A DNA stretch of 64,000 nucleotides from Candidatus Levyibacteriota bacterium (GCA_003152105.1 PLZJ01000002.1:848112-912111); one strand, 5' to 3'; counted from the stretch's first letter, positions 10,179 to 20,409 are shown. Numbers and translations are program-made. Notes: generated from the sequence alone by a model not told the origin.

Positions 10179-10709
10179 CTACTCTTTCTCATACACATTT
10201 TTATGTAAAAATCGAGAAAGAGCAAACGCTACACCATGTTCAACACCACTTGCTCTTGTAACATATTCTTTTGTCATGATGCCAAACATACCAATTCCTG
10301 AACCAATTTTGGTAGTTCCAAATAATTCGTCAATTGCTTCTTCTAAATTTTTACCTTTTTTAATATTATTTATGACTATATTTGGCAACACAAGACCGCC
10401 TGAAGATCCAATACCTATTGCTCCTTTTTTATCTGTTATAACTACAAGTGATCGCTCCATCCAACCAAAAGTATATTCATGTAGTCCACCTTCAATTCCT
10501 ACTCCGTAAGTTGCTCCTTTAACTTTTTTAAGTGCCTCTTTTGCTCTTTGATAAGCTCCCTTATATATTTCTTCATCACTTAATGGCTGATCTGAAACTC
10601 CTGAAGAAACTGTTACTCCTATCACTTGACACTTACCAAACTGCTTAGTAAAAACCTTCTTTACAGGTTGAGTTTTAGTTGGATTAATTGATCCGACTGC
10701 AATTATCAT
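10179..10709 (-). CDS. yjjX: Inosine/xanthosine triphosphatase (YjjX/DUF84 non-canonical NTPase)
   Basis: 176 aa. The N-terminus MIIAVGSINPTKTQPVKKVF and overall pattern match the YjjX family. Confidence 0.55.
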   Translation of the reverse strand: MIIAVGSINPTKTQPVKKVFTKQFGKCQVIGVTVSSGVSDQPLSDEEIYKGAYQRAKEALKKVKGATYGVGIEGGLHEYTFGWMERSLVVITDKKGAIGIGSSGGLVLPNIVINNIKKGKNLEEAIDELFGTTKIGSGIGMFGIMTKEYVTRASGVEHGVAFALSRFLHKNVYEKE

Positions 10710-10800
10710 TTACGTCAGTATAGCAAAAACTCGTAGTCAAAAAGCGCATAATTCTATTAGACATTAGATATTGATGACTGTATACTAAATAGAGAATTAT

Positions 10801-11598
10801 ATGAATGACACGATCGTACAAGTTACGGGACTCACCAAAAAATTTAAAGATTTCACTGCAGTTGATAATATTACATTTTCAGTTCCAAAGGGAGAAATAT
10901 TTGCGTTTTTGGGACCAAATGGTGCAGGAAAAACAACCACAATTAAAATGCTCACTACGCTGCTTCTTCCTACTTCTGGGACAATTCTGGTAAATGGTCA
11001 TAATGCAGTAACTGATCAACATGACGTTAGAAAATCCTTTGGCATTGTGTTTCAAGATCCAAGTTTGGAAGATGAATTAACGACATACGAAAATATGGAA
11101 TTTCATGGCGTTTTATATAGTATTCCAAAAGAGGAACGAAAAATCAGAATTAAATCACTTCTCACATTCGTGGAGCTATGGGATAGGAAAGATAGCTTAG
11201 TTAAAACCTTTTCAGGTGGAATGAAAAGAAGATTAGAAATTGCCAGAGGTCTTCTTCATCATCCAAAAATATTTTTCCTTGATGAACCAACACAAGGACT
11301 TGACCCGCAAACAAGAAATCATATTTGGAGTTATCTTAAAAATTTAAGTAGCAAAGAGGGGATAACAATTTTTTTTACTACGCACTATTTGGAAGAAGCA
11401 CAAGAATATGCAGATAGAATTGCGATAATGGATCATGGACATATCGTTACTGAAGGAACATTAAAAACATTACTCAAACAAACAAAAAAAGCAACACTTG
11501 AAGAAGCATTTTTATCACTTACAGGAAACGATATACGTGAAGAATCCGCAAGTGGAATAGACGCATTAAGGCGTCATAGACAAATGAGAGGAAGATAA
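10801..11598 (+). CDS. ABC transporter ATP-binding protein
   Basis: Walker A GPNGAGKTT, ABC signature FSGGMKRRLEIARGL and Walker B FFLDEPTQGLD. Confidence 0.85.
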   Translation: MNDTIVQVTGLTKKFKDFTAVDNITFSVPKGEIFAFLGPNGAGKTTTIKMLTTLLLPTSGTILVNGHNAVTDQHDVRKSFGIVFQDPSLEDELTTYENMEFHGVLYSIPKEERKIRIKSLLTFVELWDRKDSLVKTFSGGMKRRLEIARGLLHHPKIFFLDEPTQGLDPQTRNHIWSYLKNLSSKEGITIFFTTHYLEEAQEYADRIAIMDHGHIVTEGTLKTLLKQTKKATLEEAFLSLTGNDIREESASGIDALRRHRQMRGR

Positions 11599-11603
11599 AT
11601 ACT

Positions 11604-12347
11604 ATGAATGCAATATACATACTATGGCTTCGTGAATTAAAAAGATATTTTCGTTCACGATCACGAATGATCGGTTCTTTAGGGCAACCATTATTGTTTT
11701 TGCTGGCCCTCGGATTTGGACTCGGACCAATTTTTCAAAAAGCAGGACAGGGAAGTTATTTTCAGTTCCTAGGACCTGGTGTAATTTGCATGAGTATTCT
11801 ATTTACTGCTATATTCTCGGGTATTCAAGTTATTTGGGACAAACAATTTGGTTTCTTAAAAGAAACTCTTGTTGCACCAATACCAAGATTACATATTATG
11901 CTTGGAAAAACTCTAGGAGGTGCTACGATTGCAACATTTCAAGGAATAGTTGTCTTTTTCTTAGCAGTACTATTTGGTTTTAGACCAGAGCTAACGCTCC
12001 TTCCACTTACTGTTTTGTATATGCTTCTTGTTGCAGTATTTTTTACTGGTCTTGGCATTACTATTGCTTCACTACTTGAAGATATTAACGGATTTCAAAT
12101 AATTATGAATTTTTTAGTACAACCATTATTCTTTCTTTCAGGCGCGCTTTTTCCACTTAACAATTTACCAAAAGCAATTAGCATAGTAACATCCTTTGAT
12201 CCGTTAACATATGGAGTAGATGGGATTCGAGGAACGCTTATTGGAGTTTCGCATTTTGGTTTAATGCTCGATTTTATTACTCTTGTTGTGCTTACACTTT
12301 GCGTTCTAACTATTGGTGCATATTTCTTCTCAAAAATCCAAATATAA
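11604..12347 (+). CDS. ABC-2 type transporter permease
   Basis: 247 aa with 6 predicted TM helices. Immediately downstream of the ABC ATPase. Confidence 0.7.
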   Translation: MNAIYILWLRELKRYFRSRSRMIGSLGQPLLFLLALGFGLGPIFQKAGQGSYFQFLGPGVICMSILFTAIFSGIQVIWDKQFGFLKETLVAPIPRLHIMLGKTLGGATIATFQGIVVFFLAVLFGFRPELTLLPLTVLYMLLVAVFFTGLGITIASLLEDINGFQIIMNFLVQPLFFLSGALFPLNNLPKAISIVTSFDPLTYGVDGIRGTLIGVSHFGLMLDFITLVVLTLCVLTIGAYFFSKIQI

Positions 12348-12381
12348 GCAATTTCTCCTAGTCATGGTGTTATACTAATGA

Positions 12382-12618
12382 TTGCAAGCTAAAACTTATA
12401 TGTCAAATCTCTCAGCGTTAATTATTGCCGTAACCATTACCTTTTCTCCTTTTGCTGGGATTATTGCATTTCTTGTAACGTATGACGAATATAAACACCA
12501 TTTTGTAAAAAGAGACGCAAGAAAACAAGCACTTAAAATGGGGCTATTTAGTTTATTTGTTTTTTTAGCAGTAGGACTTATATCAGGATATGTTTTTAAT
12601 CAATACGTGAACCACTAG
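12382..12618 (+). CDS. Small membrane protein (2 TM), hypothetical
   Basis: 78 aa with two hydrophobic helices. Follows the ABC-2 operon. Confidence 0.35.
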   Translation: MQAKTYMSNLSALIIAVTITFSPFAGIIAFLVTYDEYKHHFVKRDARKQALKMGLFSLFVFLAVGLISGYVFNQYVNH

Positions 12619-12719
12619 ACATTACTTCTTCATTGCCCTAATGTGATTTTAAAATTGAAAGTAAGATTAACATTATATGTTAATGTGTGAAGAATTTATT
12701 TATTTTTTATAAAGTAGTT

Positions 12720-12763
12720 AGGAGGAGGCATTTTTTGTTTTTTAGACATTGATGCCTCCTCCT
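12720..12763. terminator. Putative bidirectional intrinsic terminator hairpin
   Basis: 12-bp perfect stem AGGAGGAGGCAT/ATGCCTCCTCCT with a 20-nt loop. A T/A-rich tract follows on the minus strand, after the stop of the 12798..13415 gene. Confidence 0.4.
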
Positions 12764-12797
12764 GTAACCTACAGATTCTTATTCGATATGATTTCTC

Positions 12798-13415
12798 CTA
12801 GAGACTGTGTTGTTGCTGTTTTGCAAAGGCTGGGTTAACCACGCGTATGGGAATCCTGTTATAGATTCCATACTTGCTGTTTTGCAAAGGCTGGGTTAAC
12901 CATGTAGATTGGTTGCTGGCACATTTTGCCGACAGTGTGATGGCCCACTCAAGGTAGAAGTTTTGCTTTCCTTGATTTCCGTTGTTCAGTGGATTAGGTT
13001 GTACCTCGAGCAACAGATTGGGATCGTTCGAAGGCGGAGGATTGGGAAATCCAACAACATCTTCCTGGACGCCGTGAACGTTAGGGTTAAAGTCATTGTG
13101 CAGCTTGCGTGTCTGCTTTGGATCCAGACCCTGAACGTAGTTGAAAAACAACAACTTCTGATGGGCGCCCGGTGCTTGAAGACTTGAAAAGCAGTATGTT
13201 TCGAATATCTGGAAGCCAACAGTACACTCATCAGTGCCAACATTGGTGACTGAGACTTCGGTCGTGGATACGGGATTGACTGTGATCAAGCATGGATTGT
13301 TGGGATTGTTGGGATTTGCTGATGCAATTCTTTCGCCTGACAACATAGAACCGAGTCCGATTATTGACAGAACGAGAAAGCTTGCAAGCAGAATCCGAAT
13401 TCGTCTTGACTTCAT
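12798..13415 (-). CDS. Secreted hypothetical protein inside a GC-rich island
   Basis: N-terminal signal peptide MKSRRIRILLASFLVLSIIGLGSMLSG and an Asn/Pro-rich mature region. Local GC is clearly higher (~45%) than the surrounding ~33%. Confidence 0.45.
   Translation of the reverse strand: MKSRRIRILLASFLVLSIIGLGSMLSGERIASANPNNPNNPCLITVNPVSTTEVSVTNVGTDECTVGFQIFETYCFSSLQAPGAHQKLLFFNYVQGLDPKQTRKLHNDFNPNVHGVQEDVVGFPNPPPSNDPNLLLEVQPNPLNNGNQGKQNFYLEWAITLSAKCASNQSTWLTQPLQNSKYGIYNRIPIRVVNPAFAKQQQHSL
12813..12902. repeat. Two identical 29-nt direct repeats (TTGCTGTTTTGCAAAGGCTGGGTTAACCA) separated by a 32-nt spacer
   Basis: Exact copies at 12813-12841 and 12874-12902. They lie in different reading frames of the overlapping ORF. 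Geometry is CRISPR-like (29/32) but only two units are present. Confidence 0.6.
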
Positions 13416-13740
13416 GAAACCTAACTCCTTGTGATATTTGTGTGAATCCTGAAACTTCGAACAAAAACTACCCTATCACATTCTCACCTCCATAGTGAAT
13501 TGCAAATTGTAACGGCCTACAAGAATAAAAATATCGATAAGAACTGTATGTTAAAGATCAGCAACGAATTGCCTAGTATACTGAAAGCTATTTTCAGCAC
13601 AAAAGCAACTTGCTGTGAAAAGTAGAGGCAGGTAATGAAAACCCAAAGGTTTTTAAACTTTTCTAATGTATATTATATCGGAAAAAAGTAGTGAAATCAA
13701 ATATTATAGGGTATTGCTGAGTCTATGTTTGTTCTGATTA

Positions 13741-14160
13741 CTAAACAAAAAAGTGGATAATTATAGCTGCTGCTTCAAGACAAAAGAAGGAAGCACCTGC
13801 TTGTACAGCAATTTTTTTAACAATCCATTTCTTTTCAGTACCCCCAAAAATAACAGCGCTTACTTGTGTTGGTACTACAAATCCAATCCAAAAGAAAATC
13901 GCGAGTGCATATATATTCCAGTTATGAGGTAGATAGACAATAAATATGTATAAAACTACTGTGGTAATAAGCGTCATAAGTGCCTGCAATGCATAATAAG
14001 GACCCATTTCTTTCATCATTTTCTGTTGTACTTCCTTAGGAAGCTTATCAAAACCGTGAATTCTTCCCCAAAGTTTTCCGAAAAGAAAACTATACCAAAC
14101 AGCACCAATTGCAAACTGAACAACTCCCGCGAGTATTATTGGTACGAAATTAAATTGCAT
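13741..14160 (-). CDS. DUF1761-like integral membrane protein
   Basis: 139 aa with 4 TM helices. Pattern MQFNFVPIILAGVVQFAIGAVWYSFLFGKLW. Confidence 0.45.
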   Translation of the reverse strand: MQFNFVPIILAGVVQFAIGAVWYSFLFGKLWGRIHGFDKLPKEVQQKMMKEMGPYYALQALMTLITTVVLYIFIVYLPHNWNIYALAIFFWIGFVVPTQVSAVIFGGTEKKWIVKKIAVQAGASFFCLEAAAIIIHFFV

Positions 14161-14321
14161 AATAAATATATAGTAGAGCTTTTATTTTTACATTGCAATA
14201 TGTATTTTGGGCACTTATACCCTCAAGGCACGGATGGATAAAATTGATGATTCTCTTTGAAGATTGATGGATGACAAAAATTTTATTTGACAATATGTTT
14301 AGAGTGAAATATAATTGAAAA

Positions 14322-15617
14322 ATGGAACAGTCAGTTAATGAACAATCTCAACCAATAGAGGCAGTAAATCAACCACAAAATTATGAAACCCACAATTCTA
14401 TTAAGAAGCATATTCCAATAGTCTTAATTGTACTAATTGTAGTTATTGCAGGCACATTTACTATTTTTGCATTGACAAAGAAAAACTATATTCCAAATCC
14501 TCTAAATATTAGTTCAAATCAGCATATAAAATCTAGAAATATACTTCTTGTTAAGGAAAATACAAACTCAAGTGGAGGGGCTACAAATTTTGAAATTGAT
14601 AGTTACAATCTAGAAACAAAAAAAATAAATAAACTTAAATCTTTACCGCTTCAAATAGGTTTGCAGTTAGAGGCGAAAGTATCTCCCGATGGAAATAAAT
14701 ACTACTATTTTGGCAACAATGCTACCCCAAACTCGTCAAGTCATCTACCAACTCAGACTATAACTGTTACCAATAAAGCCGGAGTAACTAAAACTTATAT
14801 AATATCAGGTAACTATCAATTTGGATTCAATGCAGGAAGTATCATATCAGGTAGTCCTTTATCTGATGGGTATTGGTCACCAGATAGCAGCAATATTGCA
14901 TTTGTATTAAATGGGTCGGATAGCAAAAATTCTACTGGAGGAATGAAGATTGAACTTATAAACACTAACTCTGGACAAGTTAGCGATGTTTTTAAAAGCT
15001 CTGACAATCCAGCATTTACTAACCCTTCAAGTTTTAACTCCCCAAGTTCACTAATAGGTTGGCTTGGAAATAATAAATTGCTTGTTACAAAAGTAGCTGT
15101 TGGTAACGAACCTGGAGTTTCTCCAACAATAGATTTTTATAGTATTGACATTAATACCAAACAAATACAAAAACTGTTTTCGCATACAGCAGATATCTCT
15201 TATGGATCTGTTATTTCTCTAAATGGAAATCAAGTATTTTTTGGTTTTTCAAACTTTGCTGAAAACAGTGCTTTTGGAGAGTATAATATTTCCTCTCAAA
15301 AATATTCACCCCTTGTTTCAAATAGCGTTGTAGTAGTTAGGCATCCAACAATATCTGATGATGGAACTAAGTTGTTGTATGTTGAAACCTCAAGTACAAG
15401 TACAGGTGGTTCAATATATAAATTTCATATTTACGACATTGCGACTTTAACAGATCAAATCATTAATATACCCAAAAATGTATTTTGGGTGAATGAATTA
15501 TTGCCCGATAATAAAACATATATTATGCAAACAGGGGAAAACTCAATTATTTATGATAGCCAAAACAATCAAACACAAAATCTAGATGGTTTTGCAATTG
15601 GATCAGGTTATTTCTAA
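14322..15617 (+). CDS. Membrane-anchored extracellular hypothetical protein (beta-rich, possibly propeller-like)
   Basis: Single N-terminal TM helix after a polar leader. Ser/Asn/Gly-rich repetitive beta-like segments. Confidence 0.45.
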   Translation: MEQSVNEQSQPIEAVNQPQNYETHNSIKKHIPIVLIVLIVVIAGTFTIFALTKKNYIPNPLNISSNQHIKSRNILLVKENTNSSGGATNFEIDSYNLETKKINKLKSLPLQIGLQLEAKVSPDGNKYYYFGNNATPNSSSHLPTQTITVTNKAGVTKTYIISGNYQFGFNAGSIISGSPLSDGYWSPDSSNIAFVLNGSDSKNSTGGMKIELINTNSGQVSDVFKSSDNPAFTNPSSFNSPSSLIGWLGNNKLLVTKVAVGNEPGVSPTIDFYSIDINTKQIQKLFSHTADISYGSVISLNGNQVFFGFSNFAENSAFGEYNISSQKYSPLVSNSVVVVRHPTISDDGTKLLYVETSSTSTGGSIYKFHIYDIATLTDQIINIPKNVFWVNELLPDNKTYIMQTGENSIIYDSQNNQTQNLDGFAIGSGYF

Positions 15618-16249
15618 ACTCTCGTCTAAAGGTTGTTACTGCCAAGTTAAAATACATATGTTTATTGATTACTGAGTATTTTTAATAAAAGTGGTCTTCT
15701 TTCAAATAATTTTATGAGGTATTTGTTTATTTTTATTGTAACAATTCCATTTATGCCAACCCCAACCGTATTTAGATATACTCCGTTATCTCTTTAAAGG
15801 TAGGTCGTACAAAATATTCTTTTTTAGCTTCAAAATTGATGAAAAATTGTCACCGACATCGGGGACAATATCGAAGACAATTTAGTATTAGGGGTTAATA
15901 CTGTTTTTTGATATGTTCTGTGGCTAAAACATTCAAAAACTTTCTCTCCTATTATTAATATATATACATATATTAGAAGAGAAAGTTTTGAGATATAGTA
16001 GCTTCTAAAATGCTTAAAAACAGTCTAAGATATCGAACACTAATTTAGCAATAAATCAGCGACATAGAAAATAGTATTGTTAACGATTTCAATACTTAGG
16101 TTTTTCTATGATACAATTCTTTTATGAATAGAAAGTTAAGTAAAGTGGTCAAGAAAAGGAAGATTAAATCTCCAACTAATCTAAATGCTGAAATTGAAAA
16201 AAAAGATTTCTTTGCACTTCTTAAAAAAGCAGTAAGCAGAAAGGCTTCT

Positions 16250-17215
16250 TAATTTTAGTATCTATTATCTAAGCTTTTAATACTCTTACCTCGGCTACTT
16301 GCCTAAGCAGTTGATCAAACATATTTTCTTTTAAGCTCCTATGGTTATATCTCCAAGCATATTCATCAGCATAGGTTTGTAAATATTTCTTAGATACTAT
16401 TCTGTATACTCCATAAACACCACGTTTTAGTATTGACCAGAAGTTTTCTACATTTTGTGTATGAATAGTGCCTTTCACATATTGCTTAGCTCTATGATTA
16501 ACTGATAGATGTTCATACCCATATTTATATAGCTGGGTATATCCTCTCCACTCATCTGTTATTACTTTAGCTTTTGGATTAATATGTTCCTGTACTTGGT
16601 TAAGTAGTGTCCATTTACCGGTATTAGGTATGTGCTTAAGATAAATTTTTTTATTTTCTGACTTTCCTTTAGTTGATTCGTTTCGCTTTACCATTCCAAG
16701 TATTATTTCTTTTTCTTTCCCTTCTATCCCTTGTCTCCATTTATGTGCTCTGTTTATTCCTTTTCCTCCCATAAATGTTTCATCAACTTCGATTGTTCCA
16801 TCAGAGAATGAAGTCGATGGTTCTGCCATTAACTTTCGTATTTGTTTAAACATTCTATGTGCAGTCTTGTACGTTACTCCTAGTTCTCGCTCAAGTTGTT
16901 TTGCAGATATACCAGACCTTGTATGAGTCATTTGAAACATGGCATAAAACCAAAATTGAAGAGGGGTTGTTGTTTTTTCAAAGATAGTTCCAGCAAGAGG
17001 AAATACTTGATATCTACAGATACCACAGGAATATGCAGTACGACCATTTATTTTGTAAAAAGTAGTTATCTTTTGACAGCTTGGACACGTTATTCCATTT
17101 GGCCATCTGATATTTTTTATTTCATCGAGACAAGTATTTTCTGTGGAGTATTTTTGAAGAAATATTTTGAGGGTAAACTTTTGTATCATAGCCTTATATT
17201 AACACACATTTACCG
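16250..17215 (-). mobile_element. IS1595-family insertion sequence (boundaries approximate)
   Basis: Single transposase ORF. Terminal inverted repeats could not be defined by eye. Confidence 0.45.
16269..17189 (-). CDS. IS1595-family (ISXO2-like) transposase
   Basis: N-terminal transposase zinc-ribbon CPSCQK...CGICRY followed by a DDE_Tnp_IS1595-like region. Confidence 0.8.
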   Translation of the reverse strand: MIQKFTLKIFLQKYSTENTCLDEIKNIRWPNGITCPSCQKITTFYKINGRTAYSCGICRYQVFPLAGTIFEKTTTPLQFWFYAMFQMTHTRSGISAKQLERELGVTYKTAHRMFKQIRKLMAEPSTSFSDGTIEVDETFMGGKGINRAHKWRQGIEGKEKEIILGMVKRNESTKGKSENKKIYLKHIPNTGKWTLLNQVQEHINPKAKVITDEWRGYTQLYKYGYEHLSVNHRAKQYVKGTIHTQNVENFWSILKRGVYGVYRIVSKKYLQTYADEYAWRYNHRSLKENMFDQLLRQVAEVRVLKA

Positions 17216-17268
17216 TGTTGTCAAGGGATAAGTGCCGTATTTTGCGGTTTTTATGCTACTATTTTAGT

Positions 17269-18270
17269 ATGGAACCGCAAGAATCACTGGTTGGCATACA
17301 TGATGAAAATCTGGCAGTACCGTTTCCTCTTGTAAAAGAATTGTTTGATGAAGGAGAAAAAACCTTCGGAGGTCCTTATAACAGTAGCTCAGGTGAATAT
17401 TTTAATACCAAAGAAGTTCCTAGTAGAACAAAACTTGCTTCAAAATATACTCCATTAACACTTGGGCATGACGCATCGAGTTATTATTTAGCATATTATG
17501 AAGATAGACAAAGTAGTTATTTTTCTGAAGATACTCAAGGAAGAGAAGTATGTATTTCTACACAGCCTGGATCTTATACGGACAATAGTAAAATGCAAGC
17601 ACTTACCTATAGTGAAAAAAAGGACGGCATGTATCTGCTAGTTAGTGAGACAATTGGTGCAAGAGCCCATGAAGATTTTGATGATAATGGCCAACAAGGA
17701 TTAGTTGAACCATCTGGTCACATGCGAGCAAAATATAAGCTAATAACGCCACTTAAAAAAGATTTAGTCGAACTTTCTGCAAGTCGAGTCGATGAGGTAA
17801 TGTTTGAAAATCAAGGGGAGAGACAACCAGGTAGATGGACAAGGAATTTACGAATTGATGCAGCAACTAATACCACAGATTACGGCGAGTTATACATATT
17901 AAATAGGTCAAGCAGTCCAGGTGATGAGTCAAGAGCTGATGTTAAATTTATGGCAAAAGGAGATATCGCAGAACCACAAGAGGTAATTGTTCAGTTTGGT
18001 TTTGGACCCTCAGAACTTGGAAAAACAGTTATGGAAGATAAAGATAAAAATGTACGCGTCATAGTACAAAATGGACATGAAAAAGATTTAGCAATTTTGC
18101 AAAGTGATCCCAATTTCACATTTTTAACTGATTCGGAGCTTAAAGGTGATGAAGTGCTAGCGTTTTTACAAGAAAGAATAAGACTTATGCAGCTTCAGTG
18201 GGATCAACCACAAAGCATCTATGCAGCAACTATTGGATCAGCAGATACTAAAGCATTAACAAGTAAATAA
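17269..18270 (+). CDS. Hypothetical protein (GC-richer gene adjacent to the IS)
   Basis: Long ORF. Preferred ATG at 17269 (MEPQESL...) over the upstream GTG at 17215. No recognisable motifs. Confidence 0.4.
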   Translation: MEPQESLVGIHDENLAVPFPLVKELFDEGEKTFGGPYNSSSGEYFNTKEVPSRTKLASKYTPLTLGHDASSYYLAYYEDRQSSYFSEDTQGREVCISTQPGSYTDNSKMQALTYSEKKDGMYLLVSETIGARAHEDFDDNGQQGLVEPSGHMRAKYKLITPLKKDLVELSASRVDEVMFENQGERQPGRWTRNLRIDAATNTTDYGELYILNRSSSPGDESRADVKFMAKGDIAEPQEVIVQFGFGPSELGKTVMEDKDKNVRVIVQNGHEKDLAILQSDPNFTFLTDSELKGDEVLAFLQERIRLMQLQWDQPQSIYAATIGSADTKALTSK

Positions 18271-18386
18271 CCAATAATATTCATTTGCATCCTCTTAAAA
18301 AAATTACTATATATTTTTAATATTATAGATGTGAGTAAACATATTCTCTAAACTCTCTGTATAGAATAAGCAAAGAAATTTACCTC

Positions 18387-18415
18387 TTGACATATTATAC
18401 TTATACATATATTAT
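18387..18415 (+). promoter_or_regulatory. Sigma-70-like promoter (TTGACA-17-TATTAT) with start codon 7 nt downstream
   Basis: TTGACA at 18387-18392, a 17-nt spacer, TATTAT at 18410-18415, ATG at 18422. Confidence 0.45.
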
Positions 18416-18421
18416 ACGTTT

Positions 18422-18931
18422 ATGCCAAATAAAACAATTTACGTCAGCGAAAAAGATTCTCATTTGTTTGAGCAAGCAAAAAGTATTGCTGGCGAAGCGC
18501 TATCCTCTGTCATTGTTCGATCACTTAGTGAATTTGTCACTCGAAATCAAAATAAGAAAAAGGGCATGAAAGAAATAGCATTAAAAGTTGGTTTAAGTGG
18601 AACAGAACGCGAACAAAGATTTATTGGAACTCTAATTGGTAAATGGGATGGTTTTAGTGATGATAAGCAGTGGTATCAAAAAGCTACTATATTTCTTACA
18701 CAAAAAGGGAATTGGGTAGTCTTTTTAGAAACAGTATGTAAAGCAAGTCTTTTTACTAATAAGAACGAATGGAAGGCAAGTGGTGATTACCTTATAAATC
18801 CTAAAAAAAGCGAACTGCATATCGTTAAAAACCCAAATGACCTTAAAAATGTATTACCAAAATCGCTTCTATCAACGCTTATCGAATACACAAAACAAGT
18901 TGAAATTCCAATAGAATATCTTGATATTTAA
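18422..18931 (+). CDS. EXLDI-family protein (C-terminal E-x-L-D-I motif)
   Basis: 169 aa ending ...IEYLDI. Size and terminal motif match the EXLDI family as I recall it. Confidence 0.45.
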   Translation: MPNKTIYVSEKDSHLFEQAKSIAGEALSSVIVRSLSEFVTRNQNKKKGMKEIALKVGLSGTEREQRFIGTLIGKWDGFSDDKQWYQKATIFLTQKGNWVVFLETVCKASLFTNKNEWKASGDYLINPKKSELHIVKNPNDLKNVLPKSLLSTLIEYTKQVEIPIEYLDI

Positions 18932-18944
18932 AAGGAGGTGAATT

Positions 18945-19127
18945 ATGAGTCTTGAAGATAAACATTTTCAACATGTAGCAAAAATGAAAGCACTCGTTGA
19001 TAGAGATAATTGGACTAGTTGGGATTCACCTATTGGTCTTACCATATTCTTTGTTGGTGGAGTAATGAGCTTGATAGGACTAGCTGTTTTTGGTATTTTA
19101 ATAAAATTTCTCTTCTTAATGAAATAG
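18945..19127 (+). CDS. Small membrane protein, hypothetical
   Basis: Strong SD AAGGAGGTG 6 nt upstream. 60 aa with one TM helix. Confidence 0.4.
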   Translation: MSLEDKHFQHVAKMKALVDRDNWTSWDSPIGLTIFFVGGVMSLIGLAVFGILIKFLFLMK

Positions 19128-19208
19128 GTATTCATAGATACATTTAGTAAGGTAATTCATATTAAATCGTTTATATAGTTCTTACTGTGTTACACTTATT
19201 TTAAGACT

Positions 19209-20018
19209 ATGTATCCTCATTTGTTGTTTGAATTTTGTATTCTGTTAGCTTTAGCAGTTATAGGCAGCATAGCAATTCTGCCATATAGTTTGCGGCTGCT
19301 TAGTGAATCAAAAAAGAAAAAGCCAATAAAAATGTCTCCAAAAGCGCTTCTTCTCCTGTCAGTACTTCAAAATGCTGTTGTATTTGCAATAGTTATTGGT
19401 ATCGGACTTTATGTGGGTCATCAAATTGGGCTTGGTACACGCCTAATCGACGAAGTTATATCAGGTGGGTCAATGCAACAAATTATTATAATAATTTTTA
19501 CCGCATGTATTTGTGGGATTATAGGAGGAGTTTTATTAATGCTTCTTGATTTGTTATTTCTACCGCATTTCCCAGAAAAACTTCTTACGACTGCGTTAAA
19601 AACGACACAATGGGAAAACTTTACTGCCTCATTTTATGGAGGCATAAACGAAGAACTATTCATGCGTCTTTTTGGCGTATCTCTAGTAGCATGGATCATG
19701 TCAAGAATTTTGCATATGACAAATGGGTTATCTACAACGGCGGATTTTTGGATAGCAATTATTATTATGGCAGTGCTGTTTGCAATAGGACATTTGCCGA
19801 CATTAAAAAATCTATTAGGAACAATTACTCCTGTAATGTTTTTAAGAAGTATGTTGCTCAATACTCCTATTGGACTTTTATGTGGCTGGATATTTTGGCA
19901 TTATGGAATTGAAGCAGCTATTATAACGCATTTTGTAGTAGATATTATTTATCATGTAGGCGGAACCTATGTTGTACGCAGTAAATACGCAAAATTCTCG
20001 GACAAATCTTCAATTTAG
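19209..20018 (+). CDS. CPBP-family intramembrane metalloprotease (CAAX protease/bacteriocin-processing family)
   Basis: EExxxR motif (GINEELFMRLFG) and FxxxH motif (LFAIGHLP). Polytopic. Confidence 0.7.
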   Translation: MYPHLLFEFCILLALAVIGSIAILPYSLRLLSESKKKKPIKMSPKALLLLSVLQNAVVFAIVIGIGLYVGHQIGLGTRLIDEVISGGSMQQIIIIIFTACICGIIGGVLLMLLDLLFLPHFPEKLLTTALKTTQWENFTASFYGGINEELFMRLFGVSLVAWIMSRILHMTNGLSTTADFWIAIIIMAVLFAIGHLPTLKNLLGTITPVMFLRSMLLNTPIGLLCGWIFWHYGIEAAIITHFVVDIIYHVGGTYVVRSKYAKFSDKSSI

Positions 20019-20119
20019 TTTCTGTTAAAAGCTTTTCTTACATCCTTATTACCAAAATTTTAATTTTATCTAACTCTTGAGATATACCATAGATCCAGAA
20101 GAAGAAAGGAGGTGATAAA

Positions 20120-20317
20120 ATGAATGATACTAAAGTTAAAGGAAGTAATTTAACTGAAGAAGATCGAAAAAAAGGAGGGGAACATTCTCATAACGAATCC
20201 TCTTCCAATGAAAGTTCTTCCGGCATAAAAGGAGGTCAATCCTCAAATGAAGGGCAGGAATGGCAAAATGATCCTGGAAATAATGCCCAAGTAGATAAAG
20301 AAGAGGATCAAATTTAA
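20120..20317 (+). CDS. KGG-repeat stress-induced small hydrophilic protein (YciG-like)
   Basis: SD AGGAGGTGA upstream. KGG repeats (RKKGGEHSH, IKGGQSS) in a low-complexity acidic/polar 65-aa protein. Confidence 0.5.
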   Translation: MNDTKVKGSNLTEEDRKKGGEHSHNESSSNESSSGIKGGQSSNEGQEWQNDPGNNAQVDKEEDQI

Positions 20318-20409
20318 TATCTTGGGAAGAAAAGTTTCATTTTTCTTCCCTGAACTTATCAATAATTATTATAACTGTTGCACGAGAAATATTTGTTTCG
20401 TTTGCATTC

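Noticed and set aside
16126-16254. 42-aa Lys-rich ORF (MNRKLSKVVKKRK...) in the long intergenic region before the IS
   Set aside because: Too short and compositionally trivial. No RBS.
17215-17268. GTG start at 17215 for the gene following the IS1595 transposase
   Set aside because: It begins inside the probable IS end. The first ATG (17269) is preferred, but this is uncertain.
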